NCBI GenBank assembly: GCA_964016885.1
Contig: OZ024743.1
Coordinates: forward strand, 156,612,001 to 156,676,000
DNA: 64,000 nucleotides
Direction of reading: 5' to 3'
Source of the DNA: Eledone cirrhosa
Lineage: Eukaryota
Of this stretch, positions 25,591-40,569 are shown piece by piece. Numbering within the stretch: position 1 is the stretch's first letter; every line of letters starts with the position of its first letter. A program made the position numbers and the translations under genes. A model generated the notes under the pieces. It did not search any database, had not been told where the DNA came from, and saw nothing but the letters and a program-made list of their open reading frames with translations.

Positions 25591-26773
25591 TTAATTACAA
25601 AATGATGAAAAAAAATGTTGCGAGCATAAGCACAATGTTAAAGTTAAAAAAAAGGGATGTTAATCGATCTCTTCAACATAAGCACTTAAACTGGAATTAT
25701 TTTTTCATCGACCCAGAGACGGTTAAATGCAAATTTTCCTCAGTCAGATTAGAGTTCAGAATATAAAGTGTCAGATAAGTGGTAATAATGTCGAATGTTG
25801 CTGTAGGATGAAATTGAAACATTACTATCAACATAAACAACAATGTAAACATGAATAAGGGAGTAATAACCTTGATAATGATGATATGTATAGTTATAGT
25901 ATTAGATATGAGGATTGTTATGGTAAGTTTGATACTAGGTGTGATAGTGATGACCATAACATAAATAAATGTGGTTGTTTTGGGAGTTGTTGTTGATGAT
26001 GAGAAAGATGACGAAGATAATGGGGAGGAGGGGGAGTGGAGAAGAAGGGGGTATTTTAACACTGGAAATAAAAGAGGATTCCGGACATCAATGAAAAACA
26101 CCTATAAAAATGGCCCCGTATTTCTTTAATAAAATAAAAAGATAACAAAAGTAGAATAATTCAATTACAATTAAAATTAGAAGTGGAAATAGAATAAAAA
26201 TGAAATAAGAAATTGTAGAAATAAAAAGTAGATGGTGTTTTTTTTTTTAATAATTTTCAAATCATAAATAAATTTCGCATTTTATTTTACAATTTCTCAA
26301 GTTTTAGAGCGTCCTCTTGAATAATGCTAATTATTCAAATTTAATAAATGATTCAGCCGTAATTTCAATACTTTAATGCTGCCAGAATAATAATGAACTC
26401 TTCTCTTTTGCACACTTTTACTCACTTTTTTACACTCTATTTTTCTCGTATTATTTTTTACTCTCCCTGTTTCTAGGTTTCTTCCTTTTTCTTTCACATG
26501 CTTACTCACTCTTTCTCTCTCACTTTATCCCAATCAATCACCCGTTCAATAGTCATTATTTCCTGTCGGTAACATTCCAGTTTGAATTATGAATCTATAA
26601 TTTCATGAAATTCTACCACATACCCTTCATTAGTCACCAAACAGACATTTGGATATTGTCGAATCAAACTTATAGAAACTGTCACGGCTTAATTAAGCCA
26701 TAAGTATGATACTACTTGCAATAAATTGAATATTTAACCACACTCAAAGAAGATAAATAAATCATATTATATA

Positions 26774-29065
<2,292 letters not shown>

Positions 29066-29120
29066 CTATATATATATAAATATATATATATGTGTGTGTG
29101 TGTATGTGTGTGTGTGTGTG

Positions 29121-29183
<63 letters not shown>

Positions 29184-29186
<3 letters not shown>

Positions 29187-29453
29187 ATTGCCTCAGTAGG
29201 CGGTATGCCGGGTCAACACTCGCTGTTCTTGGGGAGCAGAGTAACAATAGTATTTTTATATAAAGGAAAAAGGAATCAGTTTGCATCATATAAATATGTA
29301 TTACACATTCCATATGTTTCACTGTCGATCAGCTTCAGGAGCGATCTGTTAATGATCGAACCTGTCTCTGGAATCGGAAGTTCCTGAGATAGGTTTTAAT
29401 ATCCAGGTTCATGTTTGAGACAGTCTCAGACGCGAGCCTGCATATTAAAATAT

Positions 29454-29455
<2 letters not shown>
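29184..29455 (+). other. Multi-hairpin non-coding insert between (TG)n and (TA)n
   Basis: cgatc/gatcg; aacctgtctc/gagataggtt; ttttaatat-caggttcatgtttgagac/gtctcagacgcgagcctg-atattaaaa. Confidence 0.5.
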
Positions 29456-29523
<68 letters not shown>

Positions 29524-29607
29524 AGCGGCGATGAATTAGTGAGTGTGTTCTGTTATCAATTCTGGCAATATTACACAAACATGACCCTCCCCAAGTATAA
29601 CAATATA
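29524..29607. mobile_element. Miniature back-to-back remnant of the second PLE family
   Basis: gcggcgatgaattagt (same as 48354) is fused to the inverted pLTR end gagtgtgttctg..caatat. Located in (TA)n. Confidence 0.75.
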
Positions 29608-29760
29608 TATATATATATATATATGCGTGCGTGTGTGTGTCTGCGCGCGCGCGTGTGTCTGAACTATCTTAAACTTATATGAGCACCTGATACTGGGTCA
29701 CAATTTTGATCACACTTACATTCAGGATATATGGTTAATATTGGCATTTGAAACACACAC

Positions 29761-29789
<29 letters not shown>

Positions 29790-29791
<2 letters not shown>

Positions 29792-31030
29792 GATATACGT
29801 GGACAAATAAGAAATATGAGAACCAACCGTTACAACATGTCTATTTAAAACAGCTCATACGTACGTTTCGCCCGGATGGGCTTCTCAGGGGCATAAATAA
29901 CTAAAAGAGTGTTCCTTACAAGGCCCGGAAAGTGTTTTTGGAGATAAGTTCATCTCAGAGTTCATTCTTCTCAAAAAAGCGTGTTTTGATTTTGCAGTAG
30001 GTCAAGGGAGGTAACTCTGGCCGGTGTTAGGGCAGTCTTTCCCGGACAAATTTTCATCCGTTACAAGATGTGGTTACACCCTTACCATTGTCAGGTATGC
30101 AACGTTTGTTTTGAGACGTTTGTTTGTTGCACCTCTCCGCCTGGGTCATTTGAAGCCGGGTCTGGGATGCATGGTTAGTTTCCGGATGTTTTTTGCAGCG
30201 CCTACTCGCTGGAGTGTTAAGGCTTGTCGCAGGAAGACCCGCTATACGGTTTCACTCCTTGTCCTTATCCCATCTGAAGAAGGATATTTTTAAGCGATGC
30301 GTTAGCATATCGTCGTTTCAGCTCTGCTGTTGAGGAAATCGTGGGGTGCCGTTATGATGTGATAGAGCTCCATGAGGCAAAAGTCGCACTTCCTCTTGAA
30401 GTTGTACGGTGCAGCCCTGCCGACAATTCCCCAGTGCGTGGAGAAGCTGATGTTTAAATCTTTAATGATATGATGTAGTCCGCGAGAGAAGTGGATGTAT
30501 TAATTTCCTATTTATGAAAGAGTGGAATTGTGTTCGAAATCTAATTTTGAACGGGCCAGAGGTTATCCCTATATAATGTTTAACGCTATTGTGGCTAGTT
30601 ACAGTGCACATATATATAACTCTATCGGTCAAGAAGTATTCTCTAAGGGGACAGCGTCCCCTGTCGCGGCAGTTGAAATTTCGGTCGCGGTCCCTTCTAA
30701 TTCCCATGGTAATGCTATCATTATTTCTATCTACGTTGTTACCTACACTCCCACACCTGTGGTTAGTACCATTATAATCCACAGTTCGCGGGATGGTACC
30801 ATTATTATTCCGCAGGTTATGTCCTGCTTATTCCCCAGTCATATCGCGGTTATACGGGTTGCGTCTGTAGAAGCTGTTGCCAGCACTATTGGATGCTGCT
30901 AGGGAGTCGTTAAGGCTGATATAGTTATTGTCAGGTGTAGGTGCGTCTGTGCTACGGTGCTGTGTCTTGGTGATATTACTGTGATTAGTTTTTCCTATGA
31001 TGTCTGCTAGGTTAGGCGTAGTAGACAGGA
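29790..31030 (-). mobile_element. Degenerate Naiad-like PLE 3' fragment (third subfamily) with a decayed HHR at 29853-29892
   Basis: STTPNLADII, NCRDRGRCPL..VIYMC..YIGIT..FKIRF, CDFCLME. Minus-strand CUGAgaa-GCCC aucc GGGC-GAAA-CGUACG-UA. Confidence 0.8.
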
Positions 31031-31954
31031 TATTTTTATATTTTATATAAGATAAAATTGTATCGTTCGCTATAATTTAACCGAAAAAACTGTTGATTTC
31101 CATCGGACAGGTGATGCAAACAGAAATATTTTTGTCAGTTTCGCTCACATTTTCCTTTTTCGATCGCCTTGTCTGTCTGCAGATTCAGAAATGCAGATTC
31201 AGACATAAAATCGCTTCTTACCTGCAATATGTCTGACTCTATCTGTCATTCGCTCTCCTCAATCTATTTCTTTCTTCTCCATTCTGTGTTCCTTCTGTAA
31301 CTCCCGCCCTCCTATCTCATTCTTGTACAGCATATTTCTCGCTTTTAATCTTCACATCTCCCTGTCACACTATACATGTGTTATGTATTTTCCATGTTTC
31401 CTGATCTGTAGTCATCCCAGCAGTTCACTTCGACCCATATTTGTTTCCTCTCTCCATTTCCATCTCAGTTCAAATTGTGCGCTCTGTATATCTTTACTTA
31501 TCATTATGTTTTTTTTCTTTTATAATAAACAGCTGTTTTTGTTACACATTGTCTAGATTTCTTTTTTATTGTGTCATGTTTCAGTTTGGAATATCTAGCC
31601 GTTGATATGCATTCTTTTTGCCTAGCCTTCCTTATTGATCGAAATATAATTTTTTTTTTATCTCGGGATGTATTGTTTTGACATGTTTTGTTATACTTAG
31701 TAGCTAAATTATATTACCTGCTATTTCTTATGATGGAATCATGTTAACGTATAAATGTCAGTGATTGTCGTGAGTACCAGCGGTTATCTGGTTTAAAATG
31801 GATATTTTAGTTTGTCCGCTTTGATCCGAGTTTCCACAAAAATGTTACTTGCTTTGTATTCTGAATATCTATGCTTTTTTATCATCTACTACTCTTCTCT
31901 CACCACCACTATTTCGTCATGTAGAAAGAAAACATTATTTATTTTTACTGGGGG

Positions 31955-32140
31955 CTGTGGATTGGCAGTATCGGTAGAGGGTCGGACACCATGCTTTCCA
32001 GCATATGTACGTCCCTTTACAATCTGAGTTCAAATCCCGCCGAGGTTGACTTTACCTTTCATCCTTACGGGGTCGATAAAATAAAGTACCAGTAATAAAC
32101 TGGGTATTTGCTGGCCTTGTGCCTAAAGTAGAAACAATCA
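31955..32140 (+). mobile_element. tRNA-derived SINE (same family as 25405); 3' fragments also at ~40440-40490 (+) and ~50392-50455 (-)
   Basis: A/B boxes and shared core and tail ctggccttgtgcctaaagtagaaaca. Confidence 0.85.
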
Positions 32141-34708
32141 TTTATTTTTACTTAAATATTATTACTAAGCCCACTTACTTCGTCATCCATACGATCTACT
32201 TTCGGTGTCCCGCCACAAATTCTCTCTAATGATTGTACTATTTCCTCTATAATTTGTATATAAATCTGTCTTTGTTCAGATCGTACTCCCAACATTCTTC
32301 CTTCTCAAAACAATCCCATACGCTATATCTCTTCATTTTTCAAATCACTCATTCATTTCAATCATTTGCTAGTTTACCATCAAACGGACAGCAGGAATTT
32401 ATTTCTCGACATTATGTCAAAGGAATGTCACCGACCCGAAAGCGTCTATTAGATACTAGTCATGGCTATTTTAATCAACAAAATGATCTTCCTTTGAGGA
32501 ATTATTTCTCACAGAAACCATTAGACTTCAGCCCAATTTCTAAACTATACTCCCAAACCATTATTAAATTTCCTAGGATGAACTTTTACTGAAGTTTTAT
32601 CATGTGTATGCCTATTATGTGAATTTTATATCAGTTTATTTTATATATTGTGTGTGCTCAACTATTCTGATCTCATATCAATTGTATTTATTATCAATAA
32701 TATTTATTTTCATAAAGTTAAACTTTCACAGGAAAAAAAGAAAGAAAACGAAGAATGATATTCCAGATAAGATCTTGTAGTGCCAATGTATTGTTTGCAA
32801 TGAAAAGAATTGTCAAAGTACGACTTCTTGAAAGATAAACTCTAATTAATATATAAGAGAAAACTTACAGTGTTGCAATAGCTAACTATATCTGAAGGAG
32901 AAAAATTACCACGAACCTATGGAAATCCTTGGAGCATGTGAGAAATACTAACAACATTTATTTTTATACGAATGAAAGACTGGAAAATAATTTCTGAAAG
33001 AACAAATTATAAAGTTGGATTTGAAATATTTTCAATTATAATTTTAAATTAAAATTCAATATAATTTTAAATTTAATTATAAAAAGTAACCATTTGCTCA
33101 GAGACTTAGTAATCATGAAAGCATCATTGTAAATGCCTGGAAAAAGTCCATTAGGATATTTTTTATTTCTATATTTGCAGTCATAAAAACCGACACCACA
33201 TATATAAAATATCTTCACAGCTATATTTTCATGCTGGGTTGAATAAAACTGCACATTTAGATAAAGTATTTTCTTAGACCACAAAGTTATCCTACTGAAT
33301 ATTTTCATTAATTTCATCGGAACATCATAAAAGTTTCTATTTCTATAGATATTGCTTGGCTATGTCGTTAGGATAGAGAGAGTAAGGGAATATCAAATGA
33401 TTGATATCAAATATAATAAGCATATTACCTTGCTGAAACTAGGTTGAATATTGTGTTGCCCAGCAGGCGAAAATGAATCGAACTATGATGAAAGGTATTA
33501 CTACCATCATCATACTGCAATCAACTCACTCAAAATATAGAACTATTTAATGACGACAGTGTTAAGAGAAATTATTCTGTTATTTATAAAAATTTAAGTA
33601 GAGAAGAATAGGTAAGCTTGTTGATTTATCCTGGAGATCCTCATTGCATTGCTATATTATGTAGACAGGGAATAAATAGACAACTCTAGTTATCAAGAAG
33701 TGGAGAGATAATGTCTTCAGATAGTAAATATATAGAATTGAGCGTGTATTTTGTATATATATATGTTAGTGGTAACGAACGGAAGAATGACTACAGACTT
33801 GGGTTAGAATATAGGCATGCACATTACAATGTAAAAAAAAACGTACCATGTTCGGGTGCAATATGCTCTGGTGTCAAATCTTGCAGAGGCAAGATCACAA
33901 ATTAGATAAAAGGGGAGAAATCCATGACGAAGTATTGTCAAGATTTGAGTATCGGGTGTGATTCACTTTGGTATCCGTTCTGAATTAATGAGTTCTGAAA
34001 TGTAATCCTACAGTCGATTTATAGACCTAATTCGCCACCTGATTTAGCGCCAGCACTCTGCATTTATTTTACTTTAGTGCGAAGATTACTACACTCCAGA
34101 AATTTGAGACAAATTTTAGGATACCATCTCTACCGAATTAAATTTAAAAAAAAAGAAATTATGTGAACAATTTTCAGAGGATTATTGAGAAATATTAAGT
34201 TGACATTAATTGTGCTGCACCATGTGCATATTAAGAGTTATGTATGACAAATGAAATAAAAGTCATGTAAAATAGTATCACTTTGCTTACTTTTGAAACT
34301 TGCATCCAATTAGTCGAATACAAAATGTGATTGATATTCTGATAGTTTCTAATTAGACCGATGATTCAGATAGCCTTGTACTACTGGACAAAAATTAGAT
34401 TCTACGAATTTTTTGTCAACCTACAAGAGAGAAATTTTTCTTGGAAGAGCGTTCTCTAGCAGAAGGAACACTCCATAAGTTGTATATATATATATACATA
34501 TATATATGTAGGAGGTGAGTTTTATTGTAGTACAATAAAGCAATGCAGATATCGGATATCTCATCTCCTTCCCTTTTCATCCTCCCCCCCCTCTCTAAAT
34601 AAAATATTTTTCCCAATATCACACATCAATCTAAAACCACTTTTCATATGTTGATTTAAAACTGCACTATCAACAAGTGTTTTTTAGCCTTCATATCATG
34701 TTCTCCTG

Positions 34709-34775
34709 TTTTATCTGATGAAAACACAAATATTATTGCTTGATGATGTTTGTTTTTGAAATGCGCATAATAAAA
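34709..34775 (+). ncRNA. Type I hammerhead ribozyme related to 16597-16660
   Basis: UUUUAU-CUGAUGA-AAAcACAAAUAUUAUU gcuu GAUGAUGUUUGUUUUU-GAAA-UGCGCA-UA^AUAAAA, followed shortly by (TA)n. Confidence 0.85.
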
Positions 34776-34837
34776 TATATGGAACTCCTTTAACCATCTT
34801 TTGATCTTATATTATATATATATATATATATATATAT

Positions 34838-35255
34838 GGGGAGTGTAACGTGAAGTTACTGTAGTTTCACTTAGGTGAGAATACGATATTTAGATTCAGG
34901 TCTATAACGAAGTGTAGACCTAAACAGAGAGTAAAAATAATAATACAAGGACGATTTTTGGCACTTCTTCATTACGCATATTGGTTGATGACAGGCCTTT
35001 GGCTATTGATCAGCACAAGCTTCGAGCTGTAACGACCTGGCCCGACAATAGAATCAAAAGCTCGTCGGACCTCTAGCTGTTGTAACGGTTGAATTGGTCA
35101 TTATAACAGCAGATGTCCGACGAGCCTTTGATTCCAGAGGCGGGACAGATCGATACAAATCGAACCTTGAGCTGATCAATAGCGAAACGTGCGTCACCAA
35201 ACAATAAATCAATAAATCCAAGGAAGGCTTATCAAATCGTCCTTGTATTATTATT
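34838..35255 (+). ncRNA. Rod-like structured non-coding element with a variant hammerhead core
   Basis: Nested stems 34936-34957/35234-35255 (22 bp), 34981-85/35196-200, 35002-14/35171-83 (13 bp) and 35051-70/35115-34. UGAUGA at 34986 and GAAACGUGCGUC at 35184. Confidence 0.65.
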
Positions 35256-35269
35256 AATATACATACATA

Positions 35270-35350
<81 letters not shown>

Positions 35351-35351
<1 letters not shown>

Positions 35352-35605
35352 GGATTTGGAACTGCCATGAAGTCAAAGTGATCCCGATTGTCATAGGCGC
35401 ACTGGGGACTATCTCCAAAGGTTTCCAGGGATGGTTAAAGAAAATCGGCCCCTTCACGCTTTTTGGAACGCTTCAAAAGGCATGCTTGCTTGGAACGGCA
35501 AGAACCCTCCGATACGTCCTGAATATCTGAGGCTGCAGGTAGTGGCTTGATATTCAATCCAACGGACTTTTCAGTTAACCAACATCAATGACTGAGATTC
35601 AAGGA
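35351..35605 (+). mobile_element. R4/Dong-like family A, 3' stub between (TAA)n tracts
   Basis: Near-identical to the 3' end of the copies at 5677 and 39487. (TAA)n at 35268-35350 and 35606-35659. Confidence 0.9.
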
Positions 35606-35616
35606 ATAACAATAAC

Positions 35617-35659
<43 letters not shown>

Positions 35660-35662
<3 letters not shown>

Positions 35663-36404
35663 GGCTACAGAAGGAATGCTAATGGCTGCGCAGGAGCAGG
35701 CCCTCAAAACGAAGTGGTTGAAGCACCATATTTACAAGGAGGAGGCTAGCCCACTGTGCAGGATCTGTGGAGAGAGAGAGGAGACTGTGGCTCACATTGT
35801 GTCCGAGTGTAAACACCTAGCCCAGACCCACTATAAGGGCTGGAGACACGATGTGATGGGCAGGGTGATCCACTGGCACCTGTGCAAAGTAAACAATTTA
35901 CCACATTCTGAGAAATGGTATGAGGATAGGACAGAGGCGGTGATGGAGAACAATCAGGTGAAGGTGCTGTGGGATTTTAGGATACAGACGGACAAGAAAC
36001 TGGAACACAATAGACCTGACCTGGTGGTTGTGGACAAAGAAAAAAGATCGTGTCTGATTGTGGATGTGGCCTGCCCATTCGACAATAGAGTGCAAGAGAA
36101 GGAGAGGGAGAAAATTAACCGATACCAGGACCTAAAGTGGGAGGTGAAAAGGATTTGAAACTGCCATGAAGTCAAAGTGATCCCGATTGTCATAGGCGCA
36201 CTGGGGACTATCTCCAAAAGTTTCCAGGGATGGTTAAAGAAAATCGGCCCCTTCACGCTTTTTGGAACGCTCCAATAGGCATGCTTGCATGGAACAGCAA
36301 GAACCCTCCGATACGTCCTGAATATCTGAGGCTGCAGGTAGTGGCTTGATATTCATTCCAACGGACTTTCCAGTTAACCAACATCAATGACTGAGATTCA
36401 AGGA
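35660..36404 (+). mobile_element. R4/Dong-like family A, 3' fragment (zinc finger + RLE) between (TAA)n tracts
   Basis: CRICGEREETVAHIVSEC, RH, RPDLVV..DVACP..K. Confidence 0.9.
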
Positions 36405-36412
36405 ATAACAAC

Positions 36413-36460
<48 letters not shown>

Positions 36461-36461
<1 letters not shown>

Positions 36462-39400
36462 GAAGGAAAGGGACCAGAACCAACTGGACGAAAGAATTGA
36501 ATAGAACTGTTATGCAATTTAACCTGAAAAGTAACCCCGAGGAGGGGGGCTATAGGAGACGGATGCATAACATCTGGAACGAGATTGGTCTATTTAAATT
36601 AGATGAACAAAAATTGGCCGGTCAGGCTCGGGTAATAAGAACTAATGGGTGGATAAGCGACCTGGAACTGGAGGAACTGAGCAGAGAGATTAGCTTGGAG
36701 ATGGAGGGTGGAGTATGCCAGTCAAACGAGCCAGTGGGAAATGAAGGTGAAGAGGTCGAGAGAACGGAGGAACCGCCCAACGCAGACAATGATCTGAATA
36801 CTGAAATAAATAATACCTGGAACAGAGATACGGCCACTGAGGAGATGAATGCTGACGGGCTAGGACAAGATTCGGTTGACATCCTAAATTTAGTGGTAGA
36901 TGAATTGAACAATGGTAGTGGGAGACCTATGAACCTAAGATTTGTAGACAGGAAAAAGATAAAAGAAACAACAGCTAAGGTAAACAAAGTCATCCCATAC
37001 CTTGAGGCGAGGAGCCTTCACCAGTGTAAAAATATCCTCAAAGAAACAGCAAATACGGTGAGGAAACTACTTGGTATAAAAGCGAGAGGAAACAACAGAC
37101 AAAAAAGAGCAGAGCCTTGGTGGAAGAAACGACTGAGTGGTCAAATCAGGGAAATGAGAAATAACATTGGAAAGCTTGAGTCACTACTGAATGGGACACT
37201 AAAAAACATAGGCACTAAAAATAGACTGGAAATAAAGTACAAAACTAGGAGGAAAAAATTAAAATATATTATCATAGACGAACTGAAGCAACGCATTGTA
37301 GCAAAGAGTGCAAAAATCAGGCGATACGAGAACAGAGTCAGTCAGTATAAACAGAACCGCTTGTTCGACAACAACCAGAAGATGCTGTTTGGACAGCTTG
37401 AGGGGAAAGAAAGAGGCAATGACTTGATCCCTGAGGCGGAACAAGCTAAAACATTCTGGAGGGGAATATGGGAGCAGGATGTTAGACATAATGACCAGGC
37501 AGTGTGGATTGATACAGTACAGAAGGGGATCAGTGAACAGGCACACCAACAAACTGATTTGAGTATCACAGTTGAAACTCTTAAGGGGCAGGCCAAAAAA
37601 CTAACCCACTGGAAATCACCAGGCCCAGATGGTGTGCAGGGGTATTGGATTAAAAATATAACATCCCTCCACCCGAAACTGACAACCATGTTCAATGACT
37701 GCTAATGTCAGGGGAGGTACCAGAGTGGTTGACAAAAGGTACCACACTTCTGATAATGAAAGACCGAATCAAGGGTAATGATGTTACCAACTATAGACCT
37801 ATCACATGTCTGTCCGGATTGTGGAAACTGTTGACGAGCATTGTGTCTGAGGAAATCTACCATCACCTCCACACAAACAACTTGTTACCGGACGAACAGA
37901 AAGGATGCCGAAAGAAGTCACGTGGTACAAAGGACCAGTTACTTATTGATAAGATGGTAATGGGGAATTGCAGGAGGAAACACACTGATCTTGCCATGGG
38001 ATGGATAGACTACAGAAAGGCATTTGACATGGTGCCTCATTCTTGGATCACCAAAAGCCTGGAGATCTTCAAGGTGGCAGATAACATCAGACAGTTGTTG
38101 GGCAAAAGTATGAGGTCCTGGGAAACAGAGTTGACATCAACTGGAGAATCCTTGGGAAGCGTGAAGATCAAGAGAGGTATCTTCCAGGGAGATAGCCTGT
38201 CCACTCTGCTGTTTGTCCTTGCCCTGATGCCCCTGACCAGTGTACTGCGAAAAGTGAGAGCAGGATACAGGTTGGGAAAGGGAGGGCTTACCATCAATCA
38301 CCTCCTCTTCATGGACGATCTTAAGCTCTTCGGGAAGAGTGAGAAGGATTTGGATGTACTTGTTGACACTGTCCGTATTTTCAGCAGTGATATATGTATG
38401 CAATTTATACAGTGATATATGTATGCAATATATATATGCAATTTATGGTATTAGTAAGTGTGGAGTCATTGTGATGAGGAGGGGTAGGTTGAGCAGAAGT
38501 AACGCAATCCAGATACCAACAGGTGAGATGATAAAGGAAATTGACTCTGAGGAAGGATACAAGTATTTGGGCGTTCTGGAGGCTGATGGCATAAACAACA
38601 AAAAAATGAAGGAATTGTTAAGAAATGAATACATTCGGAGAGTAAGGAGCGTATTGAAGTCACATCTGAACAGCAGAAATGCCATAAGCGCAGTGAATTC
38701 CCGAGCTGTGTCTATTATTAGGTACAGTGCAGGAATCCTGAGATGGAATGTTGCTGAACAAAAAGAAATGGATAGGAAGACTAGGAAGCTATTGACTATC
38801 TACAACATCTTCCACAAGAGGAGTGATGTCGATAGACTCTACTTAAAGTGATCTGAGGGTGCAAGAGGTCTTATCAGCATAGAGGACTGTGTTCAGATGG
38901 AGAAAAACAACCTACACAAATACGTGACTGATAGTAAGGAGCCAATGCTAAGAACTGTACTGAAGGAGGGGACAATAGGCCAGGGGATGTCTAAGGAGGA
39001 AATAACATCAAGGAGAAGGAGCAGCCTTCAGGAAAAATCCCTTCATAGTACATTCTTTGAGAAAACTGAATTTAGAGATCCACAGGCATGGAACTGGTTG
39101 AGAAGAGGAGACCTTAAAAAGGCTACAGAAGGAATGTTAATGGCTGCGCAGGAGCAGGCCCTCAAAACGAAGTGGTTGAAAGACCATATTTACAAGGAGG
39201 CTAGCACACTGGGCAGGATATGTGGAGAGAGAGAGGGGACTGAGAGAGAGAGAGAGGAGCATAAGCCAGGGGCGGTTATAGAGAACGATCAGGTGAAGGT
39301 GCTGTTGGATTTTAGGATACAGACGGACAAGAAACTGGAACACAATAGACCTGACCTGGTGGTTGTGGACAAAGAAAAAAGATCGTGTCTGATTGTGGAT

Positions 39401-39737
39401 GTGGCCTGCCCATTCGACACGAGAGTGCAAGAGAAGGAGAGGGATAAAATTAACCGATACCAGGACTTAAAGTGGGAGGTAAAAAGGATTTGGAACTGCC
39501 ATGAAGTCAAAATGATCCTGATTGTCATAGGCGCACTGGGGACTATCTCCAAAAGTTTCCAGGGATGGTTAAAGAAAATCGGCCTCTTCACGCTTTTTGG
39601 AACGCTTCAAAAGGCATGCTTGCTGGGAACAGCAAGAACACTCCGATACGTCCTGAATATCTGAGGCTGCAGGTAGTGGCTTGATATTCATTCCAACGGA
39701 CTTTCCAGTTAACTAACATCAATGACTGAGACTCAAG

Positions 39738-39802
<65 letters not shown>
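36461..39802 (+). mobile_element. R4/Dong-like family A, near full length, disrupted, with (TAA)n tail
   Basis: ORF pieces 36497..37705, 37705..38415, ~38445..38851 and 38897..39664 carry RT and RLE motifs. Part of the zinc finger is deleted near 39240. Confidence 0.92.
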
Positions 39803-40300
39803 TATTATATATTTTGTATTCAAAAAAAGAAAATGGTTATAAATGGGGAAAAAAACACCCTCTCTCTACACTATATAGAACAGCCAAATAACAGCAATTT
39901 CACCAACACCAGAAACTTGATACACCACCTATCCCATCACACTAAATATAACAGCCAGATAACGGCAATTTCACCAGCATCATAATAATAATTACTATTA
40001 TTATTGTCTCAAATTTTAAAAAAATGTTTAATTCCAATTTTACGGGATTATGTCAACACGAAATATAATAAAAATGTATATTAAACATACGAACGCAAAC
40101 TCATAGATACTACATATCAGTAACCACACCCCATCCATCATTGCTAACACTATCCCATCGTCGCTGCCACCACTCCTTCAATGCTCCCACCACTATTCCC
40201 CTGTTAACTTGAGAGAGAAAGGGGAAGGTGGCGGTATCACTACACAAGGGAGAGGCTAGCAAAAGATATAAGTAGATTGACTTAGTGACCTGGCCACCGG
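39803..40300 (+). repeat. Diverged dispersed repeat shared with 44735-45380
   Basis: aagaaaatggttataaatgg..tctacactata..gaacagccaaataacagcaatttcaccaaca occurs at both loci. Confidence 0.75.
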
Positions 40301-40569
40301 CCAAACGTCAAACATCAACAACTATGGGACTGCTGGCTCACCCCTTCCTCACCAACAATATATAAAGCCCCGGCACCACCACCGACATAGCCAACAACAA
40401 TAACAGCTAACTACAACAAAAAGTATATTATATTATTGTAATGCACTGGGTGATTGCTGGCCTTGTGCCTGGAGTGGAGACAATTATTAATAATTTCATT
40501 CTTAAGCCACGCAATGCTCACATTAAGGAACCACTCATGATAATAACAATTTAAAAAAACAACAAAAAG

